Source of the DNA: Moniliella sp. 'wahieum'
Taxonomy: Eukaryota
Assembly: GCA_003971905.1 (NCBI GenBank)
Contig: RSEE01000030.1
Location: 558,001-622,000, forward strand
Length of the DNA stretch: 64,000 bases
Direction of reading: 5' to 3'
The notes below the pieces were generated by a model. It was not told the origin of the DNA. It ran no database searches and saw only the letters and a list, made by a program, of their open reading frames with translations. This document shows, one piece after another, positions 15,647 to 31,572 of the stretch. The position numbers and the translations under genes are program-made. Positions within the stretch are counted from its first letter, which is position 1. Each line of letters begins with the position of its first letter.

Positions 15647-17214
15647 TCAGAGCTTCTCTGGCGTTTTACTGGGCTGGGGGGCCTTGAGGAAAGACCGAAT
15701 AGTACCACCGAGCATACTCGGGGAAGAAGGGTCGAGCCCAGGGGGTGGCTGAGGGATCGCCTCATACCCCGTCCCCGGGGCCGAGGGAGCCGAGCCAGCA
15801 GAGTAGGCTGGCTGGCCCGACGCCGGGCAGTAGCGTTGGTCGGAGGCTGGGATGGGCCAGGGAGATGGGGCCTGGGTAGCGGGAGGTTGTGCGGTCGCTT
15901 GTGGTAGCACTACCGGTGCCGAGGGGACAACAATCTGGTCAAAGCGAGTACGAGCCTGGACGAAGTGCTGATTCAGCCCGCGTAGGTCATTCAACCGGAC
16001 TTGGTATTTCTCCGCCAACTGGGCCACTTGCGGAGAGATCGCCAAGGCCTGCTGATACAGACCTTGAAGCTCTTCGTTATCGGCCAAGTTCTCCGGGAGA
16101 CCTTGACCCGCCTTGACTCGTGTCTCAAGGGCCATCAGCTTCTCGACTAGTGCGTCAACCGTCTGAGAGGCAGCAAACACTTGTCCCTCCATCGCCGCTT
16201 CTTGTGCTTTGTCCTGAGCCGAAGGCTCAGGAATCACTTCCTACAGTCCTGTTAGTATAAATGCAAAATCTAGAATGCAGAGGAAGAGCGTGTACAAACC
16301 AAATGGTTAACCGGCACAATTCCAATCTCTCCCCGTAGCTCAGCCTTCCACCAATGCTCATACACCGTATTCAACACCCGCAGTACATCCCCCGCACGGA
16401 ATCCCAGCTCGCCCTGCTCACTAGGGATAAAGTCGTACAAGGCACGGACTTTTTTAACTGCCTGTGCCTCGGGAGCAGGCGCGGCTACAGGCGCAGGCGC
16501 CGAGGGAAGCGAGGAGGTAAGAGGGGTGGACTGCGGGGCGGAGGCGGAGGCAGTAGGGGCTGATGGGTTCGAAGAAAAATTGGCCCTGCCTGACCGTTCT
16601 GGGCGGCCACCCTGGTCGTTAAGGGACAGCGCCAAGACACGTTGCAGTTCCTCCTCCTCCTTCTCCGCCGCTGTTTTGGGTGGCGGCTCCTTTTTCTCTT
16701 CAAACTCGTAGTCTGTTCAAGGTCAGTTGGGGACACACAGTGCACAACCCAAGGAGAAAGTGCGTACGTTCGGCCTTGAGTTCCTCGTACGTTTCTTGCA
16801 TGATGGCTCCTGCTCCGTTGCCTGCTGCATCCTGTGCGGAGGAGTTCATGTCTTGGGCCCAGGTGCGGATGAGACCCAGGATACGTTTGCGCACCACGTC
16901 GTGTACGCTCGCCCGATCGTGTACCATGCGAACCAGCTGGGTGCAAAATGCACGGCTAGAGAGCTCCGGGTAAATTACCGAGGGGTCACATTCTTTCCGA
17001 GCGCATCCGCCAATGAAAGAGAGAAGAGTTGCACATTCGCACTCCGATGGGCCAGACGGCGAATCAAGGCATCGATCACTTGGCGTGCGCCAGTCTCGCG
17101 CTGACTGCTCACGCGGTCGCAGATTTGCAGGTTCAAGTCCCAATTTTCAGAAGTTAGGTTCTCATCGGTTGCCTTGGCAACCTGCTCGTCGTAGGGATTG
17201 GCAGCACGGAACAT
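15647..17214 (-). CDS. HSE1: ESCRT-0 subunit Hse1/STAM (VHS, UIM, SH3, coiled coil); introns; 3' end approximate
   Basis: MFRAANPYDEQVAKATDENLTSENWDLNLQICDRV (VHS); EEEELQRVLALSL (UIM); VRALYDFIPSEQGELGFRAGDVLRVLNTVYEHWWKAELRGEIGIVPVNH (SH3). Confidence 0.9.
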
Positions 17215-17670
17215 GGCGGGAGAGGGGTGGGTTGGTGGCGGCAATGAGGCTGGTTGAGACCCATCTGAGTTCGGCGTACAGGTGCATCGGGGCCGCGCCG
17301 CCTGATGACGTAATCCACCATAGGTCGAGACAGGTTCCTTTGATATGGACAAGTCAATCCGCGCGTATTAGGGACACAGCGTGACGCGTGACTGTCCCAA
17401 GCCCGTCTTCACCTATTTGACCACCACAGTCTGCCCTGGGGATCGTAGGCCCAATCCCTAAGTTATATCCCTAAGTTATAGTATCCAGCTCACTGGATCC
17501 TTCTGTGTTACGGATTCGGTGTGAATATATATGGCAAACGTTGTTGGAAGTATATGAGAGGCCCACAGAAAGATGCTTAGAACGAACGCTGATCGTTGAA
17601 TATTGAATCAAACGTGGGAAGGTGTGTATATATTGTAGAAGGCACGGGTAGAGCACTTGGTGTTCCTCTC

Positions 17671-19426
17671 TCATCCGAGGACCTCCTGCAGCCAAGCAGC
17701 CAAATCAAACATATCCCCCAGTTCCAGGAAAGGATGGGAGAGAAGACGATGCGGGGCCGGGCGTGCTGTCGGGTCCTTATCCAGACAAAGATCGACAAAG
17801 TTGCACATTGTCCGTGGGAAACGGGGGACAGGGGGTGCCGGCTCATGCACAATTCGTTGCAGCAAGTCTAGGATGCTCCACGGTCCGTTCGGGCACTCTT
17901 CCTCGGCGGGGGGGTAGGAACCGGCATGATGTGATGCCTCTTCGTCCGGGTGAGGAGCACCATTTCTCTCAAAAGCCTTGAGGGCTGGGAAACATGGGGT
18001 GGGCCATCCGTGGCGGCGGGCGTGCCGGTTGTAGGGGAGTGAAGGAAGGCCACCTGGTCCTCTTCCTTCTCTCGCCCGGGGCCAGGGGTACGAACAGGTG
18101 TAGGGAGTGGCTTGCTCCGCTCCCGAACTGTTGTGTTCTGGCGAGGTTGGGAAGGTATGCGCTCCAGCTCAGGCAACGCGGGGGAGATGGGGTGCAAGGA
18201 GAGGTCTAACAAGTCCTCCGTTTGCTCTTCTACCTCTTCCTCGTCCTTGAATGGCATGCGTCCCAACGCTACTTCCATCAGCGTCAGACCCAGAGACCAT
18301 ACGTCCGATGTAATGGTGTAGGGGTGGCCTTGAATTCGTTCGGGCTGTTTCGCGCGATTTATCAAACAATGAAGAGAAAAAGGAAGGTTAGTGCAGAATT
18401 CCGGGAGAGAAAAGGCACGTACACTCATATAGGTGCTCGTCCCTACAAAGGTATCGGCGACAGAGTGGTTAATTCCTTCGATACACCGAAGTCGCAGAGC
18501 TTGACTTCGCCCCGCCATGTGAGGAGAATATTGGACGGCTTGATGTCTAATAATGGTCAGCCTAAATGATCAAATAAGAAGGCAAAAGAAACATACCACG
18601 GTGGATGATGCGATGTTTGTCGTAAAGATAGATCATTCCCTTGAGAGCCGAAAGAATGACCTTTGCAGCTGCAGCGGGGAAGTGGGTTGGTCTTTCTGGT
18701 CTGCGCCGGAGCAGAGTAAGGGTGGGGGGTAAGCTTCCGATGGAAGAGGGAAGGACCACGCCAGGTGCGGGTGCACTACACGATCCAAGGAACCCGGATG
18801 TAAAATTCAATCACCAGACAAATGTAGGGCGCATGCAGCAGCGAGCCAAAACACCCTACAATCTCGGGCGCACGACAATGCTGGAGGACCTTGAGCTCTA
18901 ACAGGGCTTGCTTGCGCACTGAATGCTTGGCGTCCACCACCAACGTCTTGCGTGCCATCATCCTCCCGCTCGGGCGATGACGAACCTGCCAAGGTCGGTG
19001 TCAGCGTATGTATCCCATACACAGTAGCAAGGAGGAGGGAGTGGTGTTTTCATACCAATGCTACAGTACCGCTGCTCCCAATGCCCAAGTCGGCCACAAA
19101 GTCCAAGTCCGAGTAGAGCAAGGGCCATCAAGCGCCTGGGAGCACGAGCCTTCGGATGTAAACGCGAGGCTGCGCTCACAGGGCGCTTGAGCGGAAGAGG
19201 AACTTGCGGTATTTACCTTCTTGTCATCAGGGGAGTGGTTTCAGAGGTAGTGCCGGACGAGGTAGAAGAGTTCTGCGGTTGACTAATCTTAGCCGAGGGG
19301 GAGGTACTGGCGGGGGAGGTCTCTAGTGTAACGGGAAGTTGCAGTCCTTTGAAGTTCCTCTTTCTCTCCCCGCGGTGCGTCGATATGAGTCTCACCCAAG
19401 GGGGGCGAGGTGCGTGTGCGCTTCAT
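17671..19426 (-). CDS. STE7: MAP kinase kinase, Ste7/Fuz7 family; introns and frameshifts; start approximate
   Basis: N-terminal [10 protein letters not shown] docking motif; [99 protein letters not shown]. Confidence 0.88.
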
Positions 19427-20235
19427 GCTGGAGCAACTGGTGTCGGGGGCTGAACGAGAATGGTGGCAGGAGAAAGTGGCTGAGGTGGCCCATTGGTGGG
19501 CGTCAAGGTTCCTGTTTGCAACCGCGGCGAATCGGCCAGGGGCCAATTGATTTTTCCCGCATGCGGCTAATACGTATACTATGCGGGCAGCGCTTTATGA
19601 TAATGTGCGCGCGAATATGAATGCTTGACCGGCGACCTGGTCGAGGCCTGAGGCCTGAGTAATGATTGGCCTACTGATCGGTTTGATCTCCTGTCCCGGC
19701 TTTCACGTAGACCGAGACCCGGGCTACCGCCCTGCGACACGCTAGCGAAAGGCCGATAGTGGGTGTACTCTACTATTGCGTGTATTTCTGCTGTCGTTTG
19801 TGTGCAGGACGAGATTGTTATTCTAACCCCAGGTGTTGCTTGCCTCTCCTCCCCCTTGTCTCTTCCCTGTCCTCACATAACTACCAGGACACCAGACGCA
19901 CCCATATTCGTGCATCTCGTCGTATACGCGATGTACTAGCGTGCATCAGGCACCACTTGTGCCGATCACAGCAAGCAGCCATCAATTCTTCATCTACAGC
20001 AGAGAGCGCATTTTGTGAATGCTCACTGGTGCCGACTCGCGCTACATCTAATTTGACTGAGCGAATGGCGATAGTTGCCCTCGCCACCGTCATCGGCATT
20101 GCCGTAAATGAGCCGGCAATCAACATGGGTGTGCTCACATTGACACAGGAGAATAAAAAAGGGGATGAGATGGGTGGGGGTGGGGCTTTATAATGAGCGG
20201 TAAGCTCATTACCAGCGCCAGGCTCGCCCGAACGT

Positions 20236-21378
20236 TCACACGTTCACTGGGGTCACCACCTGTTGCATCCACTGGTAGACATGATCAAACTGATGTCATG
20301 GCCCGCGTCAAAGAGATGGTTTTTTCCAGGCCATTCCTCATAGCGCACTTTGAATCCCAGCGAACGAGCCAGCTCTTCAAACTCCTGGCTCTGGCGAACC
20401 GGTACTGCATCATCATCGCATCGCCATGCAGGATGAACATCTCGAGTGTGCCTCCTGAGGCTGATCCGACTACAGCTTTGATGTCGGAGGCATGCGAACG
20501 CAGGTGATCATACGTGTTTATCCTGGAAAGCCAACGCTGTTGCTCCGCCTTGTCTGGGCCAAACAACAGGGTGCGGATGTTACCCTTCCCCTGGCTCCAG
20601 GGGTAGAAGGCATTCCGGGTGAAGAGATCAGCCATTGATTTTTCAGGATGGCTGTTGAAAATCACTTCCCCCTTTGGATCTGAATAGGCCTCCATGACCG
20701 GGTCCAGAGAGGGGGGAGGTGCCCTCCGAAGGGGTCTGGGACTCTGACCAGAAAGGGTCCCCAAAATTGACGGCCGGATAGATCGGGATTGTGCCCCGAA
20801 TCCGAGCGAGATAAGGATGCGCCTTGGGGTCCGAAATTGCAGCGTCGGAAGTGCTCCGAGCGAAACAGCGAGAGCGTAGAAGCCGCCCATCGAGTTGCCC
20901 ATCACAGCAACCCGATCCAGCTCCAGCTTGACCTGGATTTCCTTCTTTTCCAGCTCGGCTTGCAGCGAATCAACCGCCCACTTGAACGCATCCGCTACAT
21001 CTTCCATTTGGGACGCGAAATGAACTTGCGGGCACAAGCTGGGTCAGGTTAGCGAATGGTCCAAGCATGTAGGAACCAGCCTCGTACCGATAATCCGGGT
21101 AGACGCCGACAAAAGGGACTTTGTTCGGTCCTTCCAGCAAGTGCTGGTACACCTCGGTCCGGCCGCCTTGAATTCCGCCTCCTCCATGGATCCAAAAGCA
21201 GACGGGAAGAGAGCCACGTTGTTTGAGCACCTCTTTCGCAGCAGGGTTGTAGGAATAACAACGTCGACGGGCACATCGAGGCCACTCGCGTGCTTGTACG
21301 TGAAGGTATATTTGTCCTGGGCGTCCAGGGCGAGTCGCGGGTTGCGAACACAAACGCAGGCTGATCGGTACTGGACAT
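20236..21378 (-). CDS. Alpha/beta hydrolase (HSL/esterase-like); ends approximate
   Basis: FWIHGGGGIQG oxyanion motif, VYPDYR, EDVADAFKW, VAVMGNSMGG nucleophile elbow, FILHGD. Intron near 21040-21090. Confidence 0.8.
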
Positions 21379-21824
21379 GTGAGTGCGGTTGGGTGGGGGG
21401 GGGGGGAGAGCGCGCGAGAATGACACAGGGTGGCTAGATTTAAAGCGCAGGCTCGATCTTGAGGCAGTAATCGAGGCGATATATAGATACCTTGACTATT
21501 AGTAACCCTCGTACATATATGCACGTGACTTCAAGCTTCGCTCGCTCTTGAAGCTCCACGCTGTAAGCGCCTTGGCTGCTGTTGGCGCTGGCCGCTGATG
21601 AGTCGACGATCGGAGAGTGCCCGCCAGTGCTAACTGCAAGGAGCTTTATCACCTGGTGTTTATTTCAAAATCCACACAGCGGAATGAACTGATTACGGCA
21701 TTGCTCATTCCGCCGGGAGTTCGGTGTCACGGCATGGCTTCTTGCCACAGCGGGTTGCATCCTGGCCACCATCGCACTCTTGGGCCTGGAGAGCCCGTCT
21801 CGCGTCTCCATACCCTTCAGCAAC

Positions 21825-24800
21825 ATGTCGGACGAGGAGCGCGTTGTGCTCCTGAAAAAGAGCCACTCGACTCTCCCCTCCCTTCAGACAGCGAGGGAGA
21901 GTGAAGATTTGACCCGCGACCGCCCCACTAACGATGCCGAGGGTAATGACTCGTCTGAGGAGGAGGAGGAGGACGAGGAAGCTGCTCGTGAGGTCGCAGA
22001 AGGCTTCATTGTGGACGAAGATGAAGAAGAGGACGAAGAAGAACGGCGTCGCCGTCATCGCGAGCGCAAGCGCAGAAGCGTCGAAGAGAGGACGAAGCCC
22101 TGGACGCCGACGATTTGGATTTGGTTGCTGAGAACACGGGCCACCCGCGCCAGGATGCAGTACGTCTCCCCCCTTTTGCAAGCGCGATCTTCTGACACGT
22201 AGGTGCAGCACAAACTCAAACGCTTCCGTCGTGGCTCCCGCGAGCCTTCATCCCGCCCTACTGACTTGCGCGCATGTTTGACGATGACGAGGACGAGGAG
22301 GTGCCGAGCATGGCTGATGCGATCAACGCCGGTCTCAACACTTCTTCCAACCGCGGAAACGCGGCCCGGCCCGTCGAGTACGCCGACGAAGATGACATGG
22401 ACGATTTCATTGACGATGATGATGATGAGTTGGACGGGCTCGACGAGGATGAACGAGAGGCTCGTCGCCAAGAGCTGAAGGAACAGAAGCGTCGGCAGAA
22501 GGCCGCTGGTCGCGCTCTTGGAATGGACCCGGCCAAGGTGGGCTTCGACCGTGAGTCCTGGGAGATCATCCATGACGTGTTTGGTCGCGGGGACGATTAC
22601 GACTGGGCCCTGGAGCCCGAGGATGAGGAGCTGATAGAGGAGGACGGCTCCAAGAACAAGGTCTCATTCAAGGATGTGCGTACTTTCCTCTCATCCCCAC
22701 TGCCTGGGACAGCTATTGACTGTGTGTTGCGTGCAGGTATTTGAGCCCGCCCAGATCGAAGCAAAGATGCTCACTGATCGGATGAGACAATTCGCAAGCT
22801 TGACTACCCCGACGCATCCAGCTTGCTCTTCCACAAGACATTGCCACCGTGTTGTTGAGTGCCACCCTGAACGACGAGCAGTTGAAGAATGCGGCCAATT
22901 GGGCTAGCACTCGTATTTCTTCCCGTACCAACAAGACTTTCGTTCAGGAGGATGGTTCGTGGTGGTCGCTCTATGACCATTGGCTTGCTTGCGTCAAGCT
23001 TATGCTTGGCTATATTCTTAACGAGCATCTCGAGCCAACCTACCTCTTTAGCATCAAGTTTGACGAGCTAGAGTACAAGTCACCCGATACTGGCGACCAG
23101 CCCATTCTTTTCCTCAACCTGATTGAGCTGCGACGTTATCCGGGTTGGCACTTCAATTCCGCGTGCTCGCACACAAGAAGGCCGGGGCGCAAAACGTTTG
23201 AGAAGGTTATTCCATCCACGAGATAACCGATGTGGACGAGGTGGACCTATCCTCGTCGGAGGAGGGACGGGAGTTCCTCAAGGTACTCGACTCGGCTCAG
23301 AGCTTGGAGGAGGTATCGACCTCTCCGAATGGGTGGCAATGCAACACGGGAACCGGCTGCGCGAGGCAGAGGCAGCCCAGCGGTTGCGTGATGCGGAGAA
23401 TGCGGATCTCCTGGACGCGTTCAATGAGTTCCAGTTGAGCGGGACTCAGTCGTTCAAGCGCTCGAGCTTGGTAGGGGAGTATGATCGTCTGAAAAACAGT
23501 GTGATCAGTAACTTTGCTGGCCGCTTTGGTTTGAGCGTCGACCAGATTGCAGCAACCTGGCTGCGCCTTCGCGCTTGCACTTTGCCGACGACGACGTGAT
23601 GCCTCCGACCACAGTGGCTGCCGAGTATACTCAGGAGGGCAGTGCTTTCCCCACGGCTGCCTTGGCTCTGGCGTGCGCGCGGCAGCTGCTTCCACGAACT
23701 GAGCAAGCATCCGCTAATCAACGTGTCGTTCGTACCTGGTTCAAGAAGTTCACCGAGGTGAGCGTTCAACCAACCGAGCGCGGCCTCCACAAGATCGACC
23801 CGCAGCACCCTTATTTCAACTTCAAGTTCCTCGACCCCAAGCCCATCGAGGAGTTCAGCCACCCGCTCCGATCACGCCTCCCCCCCCCGCGGACGGGAGG
23901 CACAAACAACCTGCTGTGCCTATCCCTTCTCCTGTAAGTTCCTCTGATCCTTCAAGCGCAGGAGGAAACGCTCATTAAGGCTTCCTCGCCTGTCCAGAGC
24001 AAGCTGAAGAGCTGATCGATACGATCTCGTCAGCTTGGGTGAGCGATGGTGTGAGCAACGTGTCGCAGCAGTGGAACGACCACCTCCGGCCGCGAAATTG
24101 TTGCCAAGGCTGTGAATGACTACTTGCTTCCAATGGGGCGAGTGTGGGGGTTGAATGGCTGCGCGAAGAATGCCGCGCTACCTTGCCCGTCATGTATCTA
24201 CCATCTTGGACCACGAACTCAGGTTGCCTCCTACCGTTCTACCAGCATGAATGCCCGCGCCCAACGCGAGGTGGAGGCTGATCCCGACGTTAATCCCGAT
24301 GTTCCCATGGTTATGGCCGTAACCAACGGGGCGGGGACGCAAAAGATCCAGTTCGTGTTGTTGTGCTTGACTCCCTCGGTCCGGATCGCCGGACGGTGCA
24401 GTTTGACAACCTTCGTCCTCCTCGTCCTATTTCGGAGGAGGCATTTGGCACGATCTCCCGCAAGCCGAGCTGACCCTCGCGCCGAGTTTGTCGAATTGAT
24501 CAAGGAGTTCCAGCCGGACGATCGTGGTCAACGGCACCTCACCACGGGCCATCATGCTCCTGCTCAAGTGCAGGAAATTGCCCTTTCTGTCCAAAATGAC
24601 CTGGTGGCAGCAAACGAATACGAGACGAGGAGACAAAGCCCTAGCGACAATCGATGTCATTCGGTATTCGACGATGTGGCACGGTTGTATCAGCACAGTG
24701 CCCGTGCCGCAGGAATTCCCTGAGCTTCCCGTTCTTGCTCGTATGCCATCGGGCTGGCGCGTACAACCCAACGCCTGTGCTAGAATACGCGCCTTGAGGG

Positions 24801-26910
24801 CGATGACCTAACTGCGATTCAGCTGTACGAGCACCAATACCTTGTTCCCCAGCCATGCTGGAGAAGTACCTGGTCAACACCTTGATCGCCTCGATCATGT
24901 ACGTGGGTGTGAACGTGAACCGGGCAGTGCAGGACCAGTATTATCAGCATCTGCTGCAGTACATCCCCGGTTTCGGGCCCCGCAAGGCTACAGGCTTCAT
25001 CCACGACATCAACGCCCGCCTGGAGGGATCGGTGGTCAACCGTGCCTCTCTCCTAAGCGAATCCATCCTGGGCCCTACTGTGTGGCAAAATGCAGCTTCA
25101 TTCCTGCGCATCCCGCGGGACGAAGAGGTGCTCGACGATATGGACAGTGCCGACCCTACCAAAGGTCCGGATGTGCTGGATAGCACCCGCGTTCACCCCG
25201 AGGACTACGATTTCCCACGCAAGATGGCTGCGGATGCGCTTGAGCTGGAGGACGAGGATTTGGAGAACCAACACCCTTCTGAGGCTTGTCGTCTTCTGAT
25301 GATGCGCGAGGATGGTAAGGACAAACTTAAGGCGCTGGACATCGAGTCGTATGCCCAGATGTTGGAGCAGGTGCGTGGACTGCACAAACTCAACACGCTC
25401 TACCTGTCTCGCTCAGAGCTCATCAAACCTTACGCCGAACGACGGGATCCATTCCTTCTCCCCACGGCACACCAAGGGTTTACCATGTTTACCGGCGAAA
25501 CGCGGAAGACGATTGATGCCGAATTGGTTGTGCCTGTCCGGATCGTCCGGATCGTGGACAAGGTCCGTGCGTCGGGGGATCAGTCGGGACAGGATAACTT
25601 GCCTTTCCTCTTGGTCCGTCTTGACAGCGGAATCGAAGGCAAGATCTTCGCCCCCTATGCCATACCCAACTGGGAGGAGCACTCGCGGGTGCGTCTGACA
25701 GGCTCGTTCAGTGTGAACCAGACCATCGACGCGATGATCATCCAGTTTGATCCGGTCACCGCCACTGTTGAGCTGACGGCCGACCCAAGCCACTTTATTG
25801 GGGGCGATGTGGTCCATCGTGCGACAGCGAAGGATCCCCAATACTTTGACGAGTCACGTCAGGTCCAAGCTGAGCGCGACGACGCGGTTCGTCGCGCCCG
25901 GCAGCAGGGCAGTGTGGTGCGCATGATCAAGCATCCCAACTTCCATCATGTCAAGGCGGGCAAGGCAGAGGAGATGTTGGCGAACGAGCCGGATGGCGCA
26001 GTTATCATCCGTCCCAGTTCGCGTGGGTCAGACCACTTGGCAGTGACCTGGCGCGTGTACCCGGAGTGTACCAGCACATTGACGTGAAGGAGTTGGACAA
26101 GGAAACGAGTACGCTCTCGGGCGTCGTCTTGTGGTGGGGGTGAGGTGTACTCGGACTTGGATGAGTTGATTGTGGGGCACATTGACCCTATGTTCCGCAA
26201 GGTTCAGGAATTGGTGCACCACGACAAGTTCAAGGGAGAAGAGGACGAGCTGAACAAATACCTGTTCAATTACTGCCAAGCTAACCCTCAGAAATCGCAG
26301 TATGGATTTGCGATCGACCGCAAGCACCCTGGGTACTTTAAGCTGCTCTTTAAGGAGCGTGCCGAAAAGAACGTGTTGGCCTGGCCGGTCAAGGTCCTTC
26401 CCAACGCCTTCGTTCTGCGCGACTCCAAATCTCCCGACGTCACCTCGCTTTGCAACGCCTTCAAGTCGCTTTACATGGGCGTTGGCCTGAACTATCCCGG
26501 CGGGCGCACACCCGCTGGGGGGACGCACACCCGCTTATGGCGGCCGAACCCCAGCCTATGGGGGCCGGACCCCCGCGTACGGGGCTCTCGCAGCGCTGCT
26601 GCCATGGCCGGAGGGGCCACTCCACTGGCTGGCGGTCGCACACCTTATGGGGGGGCTATGGCGGCATGGGGGGCCGTGGACCCGTTCCGCTTCGTACGCC
26701 CCTTGTCGGTGGCTCTGGGGCAGCGGCACCCAGCCCCAACCCCTATGCTCGTCGCGCTCCTGGTCCGCCGCCGCCGCCGCCGGGTATGGGCCCAGGGGCT
26801 ACCCCCAACGTCCGCCGATGGGGTACAATGCGCCTCCCCCTGGTCCGCCGCCCGGCCCCCCTCCGGGTCCGCCTCCTGGCCCACCTCCCAGTCGGCCGCA
26901 GTGGAGGTAA
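21825..26910 (+). CDS. SPT6: Transcription elongation factor / histone chaperone Spt6; introns and frameshifts
   Basis: Acidic N-terminus (EGFIVDEDEEE, DDMDDFIDDDD), IHDVFG..DYDWALE, FEPAQIEAKMLT, ARLYQHSARA, LQYIPGFGPRKA, LDSTRVHPEDY, S1-like region, RMIKHPNFH, IIRPSSRGSDHLAVTW and YSDLDELIV (tandem SH2). Confidence 0.95.
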
Positions 26911-27056
26911 GCGAGAGGTAGAGGTTCGATGAAGTTAAGTGTTGGAAGGGCATGTTCCGTATCAAAAGAAAAACGTATACTATTCTGCCAGGAGTTGTAT
27001 CGCCGGAGCTATTAGTAGTGTGTATCCAACCGCCTTAGATCCCGCGCAACACGACA

Positions 27057-28346
27057 TTAGGAAGGAGCACTGCTCGTCGTCATATCGGGTCGCACGCCCA
27101 TCCAAGCTTCAAGCTCAAGTGGTACTAGCCTTAGCTTGACCAATTTAGCCTGGAGCCAGACGCGGTACATCCGCTTCCGCTCTTTGCGGTTGACGAGCAT
27201 TCGCCTGTCTTCAGCAAGTTGGAGCGTGCGGTACAAGACGGGTCCGGTCGGCGTTTGTAGGAAGCCGCCTCGTCCGCGGTTGCCCTTCAGGCGGCTGGGC
27301 TTTGAATATGGACAGCAGCTCAGCCCGCTCAAAGAAGTAGACTGCATCCATAGCACAGTCAGTAGGGGTGGCACTGAATCGTACCATGCATGGATCATCC
27401 AACATACCTCGCGTCCCATCGCCACGAACGTAGAAGTTATCCGCCAGAAGACGGTTCTTTTGAACCGCAGTTGAGGAAGATCACACCGGCCATAATCACG
27501 GAAAAGCACTTTTCCCCCTGGTTTAAGCGCGGTGACATTGCGTGCTGCTGCCTCCCACTCGTCTGGGTGCAGTGCCGACAGGACAAAGAAGCACCACCAC
27601 GTCCACCGAGCCAGCCTCAAGACCAGGGGGAGCACAGCCCTTGTCCTGTCCTCCGGATCGGTCGCTGACAGATCCCATACATCGGCGTAGCACGAGCCCA
27701 TATGGTCGGCCTTGTACACCTCCGACTTGCGAACGACTTCGATCGCCTCGGACGAGTAGTCGTACCCAACAGCTTAAGATCAGGATTGTTATTGTCCCGG
27801 TACAGTGGAAGCAAGGTATCCCCGGCCCCGCATCCAATCTCTACCACAGTCCGAGGGCCACTCTGATTCACAACGTTAGTGCCGCCCTTTCAAGTGATGA
27901 CAGACTCACTCCTTGTTCGCTGCCTCTTCCAGCTCACCAAACTCCGACGCAGCCATTTGCGGTTTTTGAAAAAGTGCTCGGCATGGCTGGCGTAGAACTG
28001 GTTCCAGTACCCGCTGGGTCGGCATGGTACTTCTCTGGTCATCGCCTAGTCAGCCAAGCCAATTGAACAAAAGTGAGTAAGACAAGGAATACGCACCGGC
28101 ATCTTCTTTCTCGACGGCCGTCAGGGCTTGGGCATCCAACTTGGCCTGGATTTCCTCCATGTAATCCGGCGGGGGCTGGACGTGGTCCCACGCATTGTGT
28201 TCCCACACAGCCTCGTCGCTATCATCCTTAAGCAGGCGCGTGCCAAACACATGCTCTCCACTCTTCTGGAGGATGGCTTGAGCCTCGGTTTCCGTCTTGG
28301 GCCGCTCAGTGCGTGAGGAGGCGGCTGTGTCAGGTGCCGAGCTCAT
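27057..28346 (-). CDS. TRM140: tRNA m3C methyltransferase (Trm140/METTL2/METTL6 family); introns; 3' end approximate
   Basis: FGTRLL..VWEHNAWDHV, VEIGCGAGDT (SAM motif I), FVLSALHP.EW, LKPGGKVLFRDYGRCDLPQLRFK, DRRMLVNRKERKRMYRVWLQAK. Confidence 0.85.
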
Positions 28347-28796
28347 TTGGGAGATAGGTGATGGGGAGTCTTTCGGAGAGCGTTTTGGTTTTTCTTTTTT
28401 CCCTCGACGAAGACGACGAGCTTGAAGCTTGAAGATGACAAGAATTGAAATTGCAGTGGTGTGGTGTGGGATAAACGGTGGCCCCCTCTACACCATCAGA
28501 GGCCTACCGATCAGACGGATCATTCCAGCCTCTACCTCGCTCCAGCCAGGTTACTACACACATGCCATGGCACTGCCGATAATGGCAGCTGGATCGACAG
28601 CACACAATGCATACTTAGAGAGAAGAGACATTATGTATAGGAAAGAAGACCATCTCTGTAATGTGTAAGAGGCCCAATTAAACGCTGTTGATTCACAGCG
28701 GGCGTTTCGAGTGCCATAACGCATAATGGCCGGTAACCGGTAACACCGCCAGAATGGAGCCAGAAGGGCATGCTCCCATCTTGTACCATTCACACT

Positions 28797-31572
<2,776 letters not shown>

